A stretch of 64,000 bases of DNA. Origin: an uncultured delta proteobacterium (GTDB taxonomy: Bacteria > Desulfobacterota > Binatia > Binatales > Binataceae). Positions 20,414 to 30,292 of this stretch are shown one piece after another. The stretch lies in NCBI GenBank assembly GCA_963765675.1, contig CAVXXK010000006.1:288001-352000 (forward strand), in the 5' to 3' direction. Both the position numbers and the translations under genes were made by a program. Within the stretch, counting starts at the first letter, position 1; each line of letters opens with the position of its first letter. Under the pieces are notes generated by a model that ran no database searches, had not been told where the DNA came from, and worked only from the letters and a program-made list of their open reading frames with translations.

Positions 20414-21634
20414 TTACTGCATAATCTGGTTGAGCTGGAAGATCGGCATCAGCACCGCGAGCATCATGAAGACGATAACAGCCGCCATCGCAAGCGTCAT
20501 CACCGGCTCCAGAATCGTGGTCATCTGGCTGAGTGAGTGTGAGACTTCGCGTTCGTAATTGTCTGCGACCCGCTCGAGCATGCCTTCGAGCTCGCCCGAG
20601 CGCTCGCCAACGCGAATCATTTCGATCAGCAGGGGCGGGAAGAGGCCGCTCTGCGCGAGAGTGTGGCCCATGCCATGGCCCTCGCGAATTTCCTCGCGGC
20701 TCTTCTCGATCGCGTCGCGCAGCAGGCCATTGGTGACGACGCCCTTGACCGCGTCCATCGCGGGCAGCAGCTGCACGCCTGAGGCGAGCAGGGTCGAGAG
20801 CGTGCGCGCAAAGCGCGCGCAGATGATCCGGATCATCGTCGGACCCAGGTACGGCGCGCGCAGCACCGCCGTGTCGTATATACGGCGCCCGCGCGGCGTG
20901 GTCAGGCCGAAGGTCACGCCGGCGACTACTACGACCAGCAGCACCAGCAATTCGAGCCAGTAGCCGGTGATCGTGTCGGACAGACCGATTAGTACTTGTG
21001 TCGCAAACGGAAGCGCGGCGTGCTGTTGCTGGAAGATCGTCGCAACCTGTGGAACTACATAAGTCACCAGGAAGCCCATGATCGCCGTGCCGACGCAAAT
21101 CATGATCACAGGATAGGTCAGTGCACCGCGCACCTTCGCGACAAACTCGGATTGCCGTTCGCTGTACTCGGCCAGCCGGTCCAGGACCGATTCGAGCGCT
21201 GCCGCCTGCTCGCCCGCGCGAACCATCCCGACATAGAGTTCGGAGAAGACCTTCGGATGCATCGCCATCGCGTCGGCGAGCGAACTGCCCTCGCGCACGC
21301 GCTCGCGCACCTGCGAGAGCATCCGCTTGATACTCGATCGCGAAGACTGGCTCGAGAGAGCGCCCAGAGCGTCGACGAGCTGCACGCCCGCGCCGAGCAG
21401 CGCGCCGAGCTGGCGCGTGAGCAGGCCAAGCTCCGAGGCTTTCATCCCGCGCCGCGCAAACGGCGACAGGCTGCGCTCGGGTTTTATCTCGGCGCCAGCC
21501 TCGGCGGAGAGTTCGGTTGGAAAGATTCCCCGCTCACGCAGCACCGCGCGTGCGTCGCGCGGACTATCCGCGTCGATAACTCCGGATACGTTACGGCCTT
21601 CGGCTGAAAGGCCACGGTAAGCAAAGACCGCCAT
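20414..21634 (-). CDS. gspF: Type II secretion inner-membrane platform protein F
   Basis: Two GspF domains: VREGSSLADA, GEQAA, ALTYP, GERSGEL, LEP. Confidence 0.96.
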   Translation of the reverse strand: MAVFAYRGLSAEGRNVSGVIDADSPRDARAVLRERGIFPTELSAEAGAEIKPERSLSPFARRGMKASELGLLTRQLGALLGAGVQLVDALGALSSQSSRSSIKRMLSQVRERVREGSSLADAMAMHPKVFSELYVGMVRAGEQAAALESVLDRLAEYSERQSEFVAKVRGALTYPVIMICVGTAIMGFLVTYVVPQVATIFQQQHAALPFATQVLIGLSDTITGYWLELLVLLVVVVAGVTFGLTTPRGRRIYDTAVLRAPYLGPTMIRIICARFARTLSTLLASGVQLLPAMDAVKGVVTNGLLRDAIEKSREEIREGHGMGHTLAQSGLFPPLLIEMIRVGERSGELEGMLERVADNYEREVSHSLSQMTTILEPVMTLAMAAVIVFMMLAVLMPIFQLNQIMQ

Positions 21635-21655
21635 CGCTTTTGGCAGACATCGCGC

Positions 21656-23371
21656 TCAGGCGATGTCTTCCTGGGTCCGTAGCAGCAGCTCCTCGATCGA
21701 CGTTTCTCCAGCGAGTATCCGGTCGGCGCCGTCCTCGCGCAGGAGCTTCATCCCTTTGCTGGTGCAGTGCCGACGCAGAGTTGCGCCGTCGCTATTCTGC
21801 ATCACGAGCGCGCGAATCTCGTCGTCCATCAGCATCAATTCCTGGATCGCAAGGCGGCCCTTGTAACCGGTGTTGCGGCACAGACGGCATCCCTTTGCGC
21901 GATAGACCGCGTGCGGGATGTCAGCGGGCGTAAGCCCGAGGCGGGCCAGTTCCGCGGCGGTCGGAGTGTAGGCCTCGCGGCATTCGACGCAGAGCTTGCG
22001 CACCAGGCGCTGCGCCAGCACGGCGAGGATCGAAGAGGACACCAGGAATGGCTCGATTCCAAAATCGAGTAGTCGCGTGACCGCGCCGAATGAATCGTTG
22101 GTGTGCAGAGTAGAGAACACCAGGTGCCCCGTCAGCGCGGACTGGATCGCGATCTCGGCGGTCTCGCCGTCGCGGATTTCGCCGACCATGATCACGTCCG
22201 GATCCTGGCGCAGGATCGATCGAAGTCCGCTGGCGAAGGTCAGATCGATCTTCGGATTTACCTGCATCTGGCCGACGCCGCGAAGCTGGTACTCGATTGG
22301 ATCTTCGATCGTGATGATGTTTTTCTCGGGCGAGTTGATCCGGCTGAGGCACGCATACAGCGTGGTCGATTTTCCCGAGCCGGTTGGACCGGTCGCGAGG
22401 ATAATTCCGTGGCTCTGCCGAATCAGCCGATCGATCTTGCGCAGATTTTCGCCGGAAAATCCCAGGCGGTCGAGATTGATATCCACCGCCGCCTGTGCAC
22501 GATCGAGCAAGCGCAGCACCAGGCGTTCGCCAAACGCGGTCGGAATACTCGAGACGCGGATATCGATATCGCGCCCGGCGATCCGGAGCCGGATACGTCC
22601 GTCCTGCGGCAACCGCTTCTCAGCGATATTGAGACCCGACATGACCTTCACGCGCGAGGTGATCGCGGGCTGAAAACGCTTGGGTGGCTCGAGCACGTCG
22701 TACAGCATCCCGTCCACCCGGAAGCGCACAACCATCTCGCGCTCGAAAACTTCTATATGAATATCGCTGGCGCGATCCTTCACGGCCTGCGACAGGATCC
22801 CGTTGACCAGCTTGATAATCGGCGCCGAGTCGTCGGTCTCGAGCAGGTCGCGCGGCTCCTGCGCGAGTTCGTTGGCGACCACATCGAGCCGCTCTTCTTC
22901 GAGATCGATCATCAATTCTTCGGCGGTCGTGTTGCTCGCGTTGTCGTAGGCGCGATTGATCGCCTCGTTGATCACCTCGGCAGGCGCCACGACCGGATTT
23001 ATCGGCAAACCGAACAACAGGCGAAGATCGTCGAGCGGTTCGTAATTTGAAGGATCGACAATTGCGACCGTGACACCCGACCCGTCGCTCGCGATAGCGA
23101 GTAGCCGGTTTTTCTTCGCATAATTTATTGGGACTTTGCTGACCAGCGCGCTATCGAGCGAGTGTTCATCGATATGTGCCTGGAAGGGCAGGCGATATTC
23201 CTGAGCGAGCGCGCGGGCCAGACGCTGCGGCTCGAGCGCGCCCATCTCGACCAGCACGTCGGCCAGCTCCTGGCCGGGCTTGCGCCGCTGGCGAGCCTTA
23301 TCGAGGTCCTGCGGCGAGACCCACGAGCGGTCTAGCAGGATCGACTCGAAACTCTTACGCGCAGTGGCCAT
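21656..23371 (-). CDS. gspE: Type II secretion ATPase E
   Basis: GPTGSGKST, TIEDPIE, LRQDPD, TGHLVFSTLH, two CxxC zinc motifs. Confidence 0.96.
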   Translation of the reverse strand: MATARKSFESILLDRSWVSPQDLDKARQRRKPGQELADVLVEMGALEPQRLARALAQEYRLPFQAHIDEHSLDSALVSKVPINYAKKNRLLAIASDGSGVTVAIVDPSNYEPLDDLRLLFGLPINPVVAPAEVINEAINRAYDNASNTTAEELMIDLEEERLDVVANELAQEPRDLLETDDSAPIIKLVNGILSQAVKDRASDIHIEVFEREMVVRFRVDGMLYDVLEPPKRFQPAITSRVKVMSGLNIAEKRLPQDGRIRLRIAGRDIDIRVSSIPTAFGERLVLRLLDRAQAAVDINLDRLGFSGENLRKIDRLIRQSHGIILATGPTGSGKSTTLYACLSRINSPEKNIITIEDPIEYQLRGVGQMQVNPKIDLTFASGLRSILRQDPDVIMVGEIRDGETAEIAIQSALTGHLVFSTLHTNDSFGAVTRLLDFGIEPFLVSSSILAVLAQRLVRKLCVECREAYTPTAAELARLGLTPADIPHAVYRAKGCRLCRNTGYKGRLAIQELMLMDDEIRALVMQNSDGATLRRHCTSKGMKLLREDGADRILAGETSIEELLLRTQEDIA

Positions 23372-23419
23372 TATTGAATCGCGGGCGCTCCAGCGAAGTC
23401 AGAGCGAATTGAATGATTG

Positions 23420-23435
23420 TTCAAAGCTGATGCCA
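23420..23435 (-). promoter_or_regulatory. Candidate sigma-54 (-24/-12) promoter of the gsp operon
   Basis: Minus strand TGGCAT-CAGCT-TTGAA (GG-N10-GA variant), about 50 nt upstream of gspE. Confidence 0.35.
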
Positions 23436-23538
23436 CAGTATCTCGCAACGCCTGAAACGCCTCTTGGACACAATTAGACATGATATGTCCATAGCGTTGC
23501 AAGCATGGTCCCCAAGCTGTCATACCCCGATGCCGACC

Positions 23539-23976
23539 CTAGTAGTGGTTACCGGCCGGCGGCGCTACCTGTGGCGCGGTCATCCCGGCTGAGAATCCTC
23601 CGCTCTGCTTGGGCGGCATCGTGTGCTCCGCCTCGGCCCATGAGACGAGTTTGCCCCCCTGAAACTTCAAATCAACGAAAGTCCCTTTGTCGCCTTCTTT
23701 CACCTGGGTGTACAGGAGCGAGGCAGTCAGGTCGTTGGAATTGGGCTTGTAAGCGTAACTCCAGACCTCGACATCCGATGACACGAACTGATGGATATCC
23801 GGCTCGCCGTACTTTTGATGGATCTCGATCATCGACTCGCCGACCTTGAGGTGCTCGGTCATGCGCGAAGCTTTGACCCGGGTGCCGGCCTGGTAGAACA
23901 GGCCGCATCCGAATAGCGGTGCGACGGCGAGTGCGGCGATCATCACGAGCGGAGCAAATCGAACCATTTTCTCCAT
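23539..23976 (-). CDS. Lipoprotein, SmpA/OmlA(BamE)-like fold
   Basis: Lipobox LFG|C; LKVGES..EI..KYGEPD...WSY...LKFQGGKL pattern. Confidence 0.7.
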   Translation of the reverse strand: MEKMVRFAPLVMIAALAVAPLFGCGLFYQAGTRVKASRMTEHLKVGESMIEIHQKYGEPDIHQFVSSDVEVWSYAYKPNSNDLTASLLYTQVKEGDKGTFVDLKFQGGKLVSWAEAEHTMPPKQSGGFSAGMTAPQVAPPAGNHY

Positions 23977-24072
23977 CGGCGAATTGTGTTTGGCCCGGCG
24001 CGGTCTTGTCAACGAATCGCGCGAACCATGCTATAGAAGCTTGGTGGAGTTAGCCACGCAGGGGAGGCCCGG

Positions 24073-24318
24073 ATGGCCCAGAAGCTTCGGCTGGTCAAAG
24101 GCGCTTCGCGTCGCGGCGCGCTGGTGTATGGGATGCGAATTTTTGACGAGGCGCACGTCGCCGCGGTCGAGGACGCCAAGGTAACGCTCGAAGACGGCAC
24201 CACGGGGCGGGTCACGATGCACTACATCGAGGGGACTCGCGAGCAGATTCGCCGCCAACTGATGCAGAGTATCGACGCGTTCTTCGAACTGCTCGATGAA
24301 ACGACGGACCGGGAATAA
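24073..24318 (+). CDS. Small hypothetical protein
   Basis: GGGGAGG RBS before ATG; coding-like codon usage; fills the intergenic gap. Confidence 0.65.
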   Translation: MAQKLRLVKGASRRGALVYGMRIFDEAHVAAVEDAKVTLEDGTTGRVTMHYIEGTREQIRRQLMQSIDAFFELLDETTDRE

Positions 24319-24356
24319 GCAACCGAAGGAATCAGCAAAGGAAGGTTTCAGAGGAT

Positions 24357-25142
24357 ATGAAACTAGAATTCGTGAAATACGAAAAGCGCGATCATATCGC
24401 GCACATCACCTTCAACCGGCCCGAGCGGATGAACGCGCTGCATCCCGCCTGCCACATCGAGATGGACCAGGTGTGGGACGATTTTATCGCCGACAAGGCG
24501 ACGTGGGTCGCGATCGTTACCGGCGCCGGCGACAAGGCGTTCTCGGCCGGCAACGATTTGCGCTGGACCGCGGAGCATCGCGGCGAGATCGAGTCGGCGC
24601 TGCGCGGCAAGGGAGGATTCGCGGGAATCACCGCGCGCTACGATATCTACAAACCGATCATCGCCGCGGTGAATGGCTTCGCACTCGGCGGCGGATTCGA
24701 GATCGCGCTCGGATGCGACATCATCATCGCGGCTGAGCACGCCCGCTTCGGGCTTCCTGAGCCGCGAGTCGGGCTGATGGCTGCCGCGGGAGGAGTGCAT
24801 CGGCTGCCGCGCCATATTCCGCTCAAGATCGCGATGGGCATGATGCTGACCGGGCGGCATATCACCGCGCAGGAAGCGCACAAGTGGGGAATCGTCAACG
24901 AGGTTGTGCCGCTGAAGGATCTGATCCCGACCGCCGAGAAATGGGCAGCGGAGATCATGGAATGCTCCCCGCTCTCCGTTCAGGCGACTAAAGCCGCCGC
25001 GATGGACGGGCTCGGGCGTCCGGTCAAAGACGCGATCGCGCAGCACTACGATTTGCAGGCAAAGCTATTCAAGTCGAAGGACGCGATCGAAGGACCGCTC
25101 GCCTTCTCGCAAAAACGCAAACCCAACTGGACCGGCGAATAG
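24357..25142 (+). CDS. Enoyl-CoA hydratase family (CaiD-like)
   Basis: FSAGNDL, AVNGFALGGGFE, FGLPEPRVG. Confidence 0.93.
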   Translation: MKLEFVKYEKRDHIAHITFNRPERMNALHPACHIEMDQVWDDFIADKATWVAIVTGAGDKAFSAGNDLRWTAEHRGEIESALRGKGGFAGITARYDIYKPIIAAVNGFALGGGFEIALGCDIIIAAEHARFGLPEPRVGLMAAAGGVHRLPRHIPLKIAMGMMLTGRHITAQEAHKWGIVNEVVPLKDLIPTAEKWAAEIMECSPLSVQATKAAAMDGLGRPVKDAIAQHYDLQAKLFKSKDAIEGPLAFSQKRKPNWTGE

Positions 25143-25178
25143 CGCGCAGCACGCACGTTCCATTTGTTATATGTCAGT

Positions 25179-25213
25179 GGAGGCGGACGGCCCCGTCCGC
25201 CTTCTCCTTTTCC
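25179..25213 (+). terminator. Probable intrinsic terminator
   Basis: GGAGGCGGACG-GCCC-CGTCCGCCTTC followed by a pyrimidine/T tract. Confidence 0.55.
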
Positions 25214-25361
25214 GTCTTCCTGCCACGAAAGTGAGAAGGCAGGGGGAGCGCGCAGATTATCGCGGATGCCGACAGGACTCTCGCTTTGGCAATTGATTTT
25301 CGTCGCACGTGGCGGGCGACAATCTGGAAGCGTTTAGACATATCAATAAAGCAGCAAAGTT

Positions 25362-25544
25362 ATAGTGGCGCGGGCGTCTCGCCCGTGGGAGACCGGTGCG
25401 CCGCAGGCGCGTCGCACCAATGAATTACTCGGCATCGCGTGCGTGAAGTACAGCGGTTCCCGCGCGTGCACCCCTGCGGCGGATTCATTGGAGGGCGGGC
25501 CGTCGGCCCGCCGTCGCCCACGGGCGAGACGCCCGCGCCACTAT
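25362..25544. repeat. REPIN/MITE-like element with perfect 28-bp terminal inverted repeats
   Basis: ATAGTGGCGCGGGCGTCTCGCCCGTGGG at 25362-25389 and its exact reverse complement at 25517-25544. Confidence 0.85.
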
Positions 25545-25558
25545 GGCCTGTGCCGTTG

Positions 25559-27196
25559 CTAGGCGGGTGAGCGGCGACGCGCCATGTCGGCGCGATACGC
25601 CGCGAGCTCGTCGGCCTCGTGCGCGGTGTCCCATCGTAGTTCCGTGCCCATCAGGTGCGCCACCGCGGGCGCGGCCGCGTCAGCTTCGAGCGGATAGCGC
25701 CAGACCATCGCGGTGCGGCGGACCAAGAAATCGGCCAGGTGCGAGACCATCTCATTGCGCACCGCGTGGATAACCTCCGCGCCGATAACGGGGCATCCTA
25801 CCGCGAGCGGCAACGCTAACTCGGCGTTGCTCGCGGCGATTTGCGCAGGAATCGCCGCGCGAGTCCCGTAGCGCGCGACCAGAATCTCTCGCGCGACTCG
25901 CGGCAACGTTGCGAGCGCCTCGACCCCGGCGCGATCGTCGGCGTCGGGGCGCGCTCCAGGGAGCGGAGTATCGCGAGTCGGATAGACGCCGCGGGCTCGT
26001 CCGAGGTCCTTCATTACACGAGTGACGAGTTTTTCGGCGATCTCGCGATGCGTCGTCAGCTTGCCGCCTGCGACCGTGAGCAATCCCGATGCGCTCTCGA
26101 GGATCACCTCTTCGCGCGGAACTGATGACGGTGCTTTCGAGTCGCCACCGTTTTCGACCAGCGCGCGCAATCCCGCGAAGCTCGACGCTACATCCTCCGC
26201 GCTGAGCTTTATTCCCGGCAGGCTTTCGGCGAGGACTCCAAGAAGGTAGGCGACGTCGCCTTTGTCGGTGGTGACGGATGCCGGGTCGGCGTTGTAATCG
26301 GTGTCGGTGGTGCCGACGAGAACGTAATGCTCATGCGGCATCACGAATACAATTCGTCCGCTCTCGTCCGCCAGTACGAGCGAGTCGTGCACCGGCAGCG
26401 TCGTGCGCGGAAAGATAAGATGCACGCCCTTGGTCAGGCGCACGCAGTTACGCACGGCGGGATCGTCGAGGCGTCGGATATGATCGACCCACGGACCGGC
26501 GGCATTGACGAAGATTCGCGCGCGCAACTCGAACGCCGAGCCGGTCGCGAGATCCTTTACCGACATCGCGGCGATCCTGCCGTTGGTATTGCGTGCAAAG
26601 CCTTCGACGCTGGCGTAGTTGGCGACCGCGGCGCCGTGAATCGCGGCGTCGAGGATATTTTCGAACGTGATTCGCGCGTCGTCGGCCCACGCATCGTAGT
26701 AGAGCGAGCCGCCGGTCAGATTCGCACGCGCGAGCGCGGGCTCGATCTCGCGCACGCTGGCGGCGTTGAGATTGCTGTGCCACTGCGCCCGCGGCATCCG
26801 CGCGAACAGGTCGTAGAGCCACAGCCCCATCGACATCGTGAACCGCCCGAACCCGCGTCCGCGATAAATCGGAAATAGAAAACGGATCGGCTTTACCAGG
26901 TGCGGCGCCGTATGGCGGCGCAGCCGCTCGCGCTCGCGCAGCGCCTCGTACACCAGCTTCAACTGGCCCTGCGGAAGATAGCGGAAGCCGCCGTGGATCA
27001 GCTTCGAGGATCGAGAAGAAGTGCCGCCCGCGAAATCGCCGCGATCCACCAGTGCGACGCTGAGCCCGCGCATCGCGGCGTCGCGCGCGATTGCGGCGCC
27101 GTTGATTCCGCCGCCGATAATCGCAAGGTCGAATTCCTCCGCGCCGAGCCGCGAGATCGAGCGCGCGCGGTCGAGAGGATTTTCGTCCGGCGTCAT
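25559..27196 (-). CDS. glpD: FAD-dependent glycerol-3-phosphate dehydrogenase
   Basis: IIGGGING, GTSSRSSKLIHGGFRYL, GGKLTT. Confidence 0.92.
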   Translation of the reverse strand: MTPDENPLDRARSISRLGAEEFDLAIIGGGINGAAIARDAAMRGLSVALVDRGDFAGGTSSRSSKLIHGGFRYLPQGQLKLVYEALRERERLRRHTAPHLVKPIRFLFPIYRGRGFGRFTMSMGLWLYDLFARMPRAQWHSNLNAASVREIEPALARANLTGGSLYYDAWADDARITFENILDAAIHGAAVANYASVEGFARNTNGRIAAMSVKDLATGSAFELRARIFVNAAGPWVDHIRRLDDPAVRNCVRLTKGVHLIFPRTTLPVHDSLVLADESGRIVFVMPHEHYVLVGTTDTDYNADPASVTTDKGDVAYLLGVLAESLPGIKLSAEDVASSFAGLRALVENGGDSKAPSSVPREEVILESASGLLTVAGGKLTTHREIAEKLVTRVMKDLGRARGVYPTRDTPLPGARPDADDRAGVEALATLPRVAREILVARYGTRAAIPAQIAASNAELALPLAVGCPVIGAEVIHAVRNEMVSHLADFLVRRTAMVWRYPLEADAAAPAVAHLMGTELRWDTAHEADELAAYRADMARRRSPA

Positions 27197-27239
27197 CGTC
27201 CTGACGGTTCCGCTGATGGTTCCGGAGACGGTTTCGGCG

Positions 27240-27858
27240 TCAGTCTTCAGGCTCTTCCTGGAATGAGTAGCGTTCCTCGCGCCACGGATCGGCGTGATTA
27301 TGGTAGCCGCGCACTTCCCAGAAGCCGCGCTTGTCGAACTCACAGAACTCGACCGCGCGCACCCATTTGGCGCTCTTCCACGCGTAGAGCTTCGGCACCA
27401 CCAGGCGCAGCGGAAAGCCGTGGTCGGGCGGAAGATCGCGGCCGTCATGGCGATGCGCCAATATCACGTCGTCGTCGAGGAATTCATCGAGCGGCAGATT
27501 GGCAGTGTAGTTCTGCTCGCAATGAATCAGCACGAAATGCGCCCGCGGCTTGAGGCCCACGAGCTTCATCAGGTCGAGGACCTTCACGCCTTCCCAAAGA
27601 TTATCGAGCCGCGACCAGGTCGTGACGCAATGAAAGTCGCTGGTCTGCTTGGTTTGCGGCAGCGCGCGAAATTCCTCGTATGAAAATCGCAACTCCTTTT
27701 CCACCAAACCGAAGACGCGGAAATCCCATTTGGCCGGATTGAAGCGCGGCGTCGCGCCCATACGACAGGACAGGAAACTTGTCGGTCAGAGTCTGGCCCG
27801 GCGGCACCCGGTCGTTCAATTCATTGCGCAAATCATTGCGAGAGAGCGGCTTTCCCAT
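27240..27858 (-). CDS. Sulfite oxidase-like molybdopterin oxidoreductase; 1-nt frameshift at GGG 27757-27759
   Basis: RVPPGQ..FPVLSYG joins ATPRF..DFHCVTTWS..HGFPLR..YAWKSAKW..GFWE after deleting one G. Confidence 0.85.
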
Positions 27859-27901
27859 ATGGACTGTTAATATCCGAGCGCGTCAGCCGACGAAAGGGTT
27901 G

Positions 27902-28954
27902 TCATGCTGACTTGCGATCGAGCGCGCGGATCACGGCCGCGGTCATCTCGCTGGTTGAGGCTTTGCCACCGAGGTCGCGGGTCAGCACGCGGCCTGAGCG
28001 CAGGACGGCGCCGGTTGCGGCGCGAATCTTCTTCGCGGCAGCGGGGCGCGAAAGATAATCCAGCAGCATCGCGCCGGAGAGAATCGCGGCAATAGGATTG
28101 GCGAGACCCTTGCCCGCGATATCGGGCGCGGTGCCGTGGACCGCCTCGAAGATCGCGCCCTTGTCGCCGTAGTTCGCACCCGGCACCAGGCCGAGTCCGC
28201 CGACCAATCCTGCGCACAGGTCGGAGACGATATCGCCGTAAAGATTCTCCAGCAGCAGGATATCGAAGGAGCTTGGATCGGTTACCAGCCGCATGCAGGC
28301 GGCGTCGACGATCTGCTCCTGGTAGCGAATCTCCGGATAGCCGCGCGAGACCGCACGCGCGCATTTCAGAAACAGCCCATCGGAGAGCTTCATGATGTTG
28401 GCCTTATGAATCGCGGTCACCGATTTGCGATGGTTCGCGCGCGCATACTCAAAGGCGAACTTGGCGATCCGCTTCGACGCGTGCGCCGTGATCACCTTGA
28501 TACTCTCGACCACGCCGGGCGCGACCTCGTGCTCGATTCCCGAGTAGAGATCCTCGGTGTTCTCGCGCACCACGATCAGATCGACGTTGCGAAACGGCGT
28601 ATGCACGCCCTTGAAGCTGAGCGTCGGACGCAGGTTGGCGTAGAGGTCGAAGGTCTTGCGCAGGAAGACGTTGATCGAGCGGTAGCCCACGCCCACGCGG
28701 GTTTCGAGCGGACCCTTGAGCGCGACGCCGGTGCGCGTGAGCGATTTGATCAGCTCGTCCGGGACCGGATTGCCAAAGCGCTTGAGCGCGGCCGCACCGG
28801 CAGACTGCCGGTCCCAGTCGATCTTCACGCCGGCGGCCTTGATCACCTCCAGCGCGGCGGAAATAACTTCAGGACCAACACCGTCGCCGGGAATAAGCGT
28901 GACGGCGGGAATTCCGTCACGATGCGGCGCGGTCAGTCGATTGTTCTTCGGCAT
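27902..28954 (-). CDS. Isocitrate/isopropylmalate dehydrogenase family (NAD-IDH-like)
   Basis: IPGDGVGPE, RENTEDLY, HKANIMK, NLYGDIVSD, EAVHGTAPDIAG. Confidence 0.92.
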   Translation of the reverse strand: MPKNNRLTAPHRDGIPAVTLIPGDGVGPEVISAALEVIKAAGVKIDWDRQSAGAAALKRFGNPVPDELIKSLTRTGVALKGPLETRVGVGYRSINVFLRKTFDLYANLRPTLSFKGVHTPFRNVDLIVVRENTEDLYSGIEHEVAPGVVESIKVITAHASKRIAKFAFEYARANHRKSVTAIHKANIMKLSDGLFLKCARAVSRGYPEIRYQEQIVDAACMRLVTDPSSFDILLLENLYGDIVSDLCAGLVGGLGLVPGANYGDKGAIFEAVHGTAPDIAGKGLANPIAAILSGAMLLDYLSRPAAAKKIRAATGAVLRSGRVLTRDLGGKASTSEMTAAVIRALDRKSA

Positions 28955-28972
28955 CGAACTCCACTGCTTCGT

Positions 28973-30292
28973 TTAGTCGTCAACGATCGCGAGAAAAATA
29001 TCGGCGACGTTGGTGCCGGTCGGTCCGGTGCGAAACAGATCGCCGGACGCGGCGAGAAAATTGTACGCGTCATTACGCGCCAGTGCTGTAGCCGCGTCGA
29101 GCCCGCGCGCCGCCGCCCGCGCGACAGTCGCTGGCGACGCGAAGCCGCCGGCCGCGTCGGTAGGGCCGTCAATTCCGTCTGTGCCCGCGAACAGCGCGAG
29201 AAGTTTGCGCCCGGGCGCGATACGCGCCAGCTCCGCCGCCATCGCAAGTGCGCAATGCTGCGCGCGGCCGCCCTTGCCGCCGCCGCGCACGGTGACCACA
29301 GCCTCGCCCCCGGCGGTCGCGCAGATTCGCCGATGAGGCAGCGCGGCGATTCGGTTCGCCAGCGCGCGGCCGAGCTCTTCGGCCTCGCCACGGAGCTCCG
29401 GGAATCGCTCGACGGCATATCCCGCCGCGGCGGCGGCGCTCGCGGCCGCTTCGAGAGCGGTCGCGTTGTCACCGATGATCGCATTGGTCACGCGCGCGAA
29501 GACTGTGTCGCCGGGCTTCGGTGTCTCGATGATTTGGCCGGCCGCGCCGCGCTCCAAATGCTCCCGGACGCGCTCGGGTGCGCGGCCCCATACGCCACGG
29601 CGCTTCAAGACCGACACCGCGTCGCCGAAGGTGGTCGGGTCGGGCGCGGTCGGCCCGGAACCGATCGTCGCGAGATCGTTGCCGGGCACGTCGGAGAGGA
29701 TCAGGCCGAAGAGGCGCGCCGGAGCGGCAGCAGCGGCGAGCCGTCCACCCTTCACGGCCGACAGATGCTTTCGTACCAGGTTGAATTCGCGAATCGGCGC
29801 GCCCGAGCGAAGCAGCGCCTGAGTGACCGCGATCTTGTTCTCGAGCAGCAAGCCGGGCGCGGGCGCCGAGAGCATCGCGGAGGCACCGCCACTAAGCGCG
29901 ACGATCACCAGGTCGTCATCGCGCAGGCCACGGACCAGGTCGAGCGCCGCGTGCGCGCTGTGCTCGGACGCGCGGCCGGGAACGGGATGTTCTCCACGCA
30001 GGAGGTCGAAGCGCACGAGCTCGGGAGCGTCGTCGAGCGCGGGAATGACCGCGACTGCGTCGGCGATACGATCGCCCAAACGCGCTTCCAGAGCGGACGC
30101 CATGGCAGACGCAGCTTTTCCGATCGCGAGCGCGATCACGCGGCGGGCGGAGGTGATCGCCTCGGGCAGCTCCGCGATCGCGCCGTCGAGCGAGCGATAT
30201 ATCAGGCGCGCGGGTTCGACCGCCGCGATCGCCGCGCGATAAAAGCGCGTCAAATCGGCGCGTGCCGCAGCCTCATGATCGGCGGGAATCAT
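28973..30292 (-). CDS. Glycerate 2-kinase (MOFRL/TtuD family)
   Basis: GKAA, SGGASA, KHLSAVKGG, SDVPG, GTDGIDG, TGPTGTNVAD; start uncertain. Confidence 0.9.
   Translation of the reverse strand: MIPADHEAAARADLTRFYRAAIAAVEPARLIYRSLDGAIAELPEAITSARRVIALAIGKAASAMASALEARLGDRIADAVAVIPALDDAPELVRFDLLRGEHPVPGRASEHSAHAALDLVRGLRDDDLVIVALSGGASAMLSAPAPGLLLENKIAVTQALLRSGAPIREFNLVRKHLSAVKGGRLAAAAAPARLFGLILSDVPGNDLATIGSGPTAPDPTTFGDAVSVLKRRGVWGRAPERVREHLERGAAGQIIETPKPGDTVFARVTNAIIGDNATALEAAASAAAAAGYAVERFPELRGEAEELGRALANRIAALPHRRICATAGGEAVVTVRGGGKGGRAQHCALAMAAELARIAPGRKLLALFAGTDGIDGPTDAAGGFASPATVARAAARGLDAATALARNDAYNFLAASGDLFRTGPTGTNVADIFLAIVDD

Noticed and set aside
19974-21098. Long N-terminal extensions in the ORF track for gspG, gspI, glpD, hisG, yebC and ruvC
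   Set aside because: They overlap neighbouring genes or precede the family N-terminus; downstream starts fit better
14345-23371. Type IV pilus operon
   Set aside because: GspG and GspK signatures and E-F-G-H-I-J-K-L-M-N order indicate T2SS; no pilT here
23497-23514. Second sigma-54 motif (GGGGAC-N5-TTGCA, minus strand)
   Set aside because: Two mismatches in the -24 element; too weak to call
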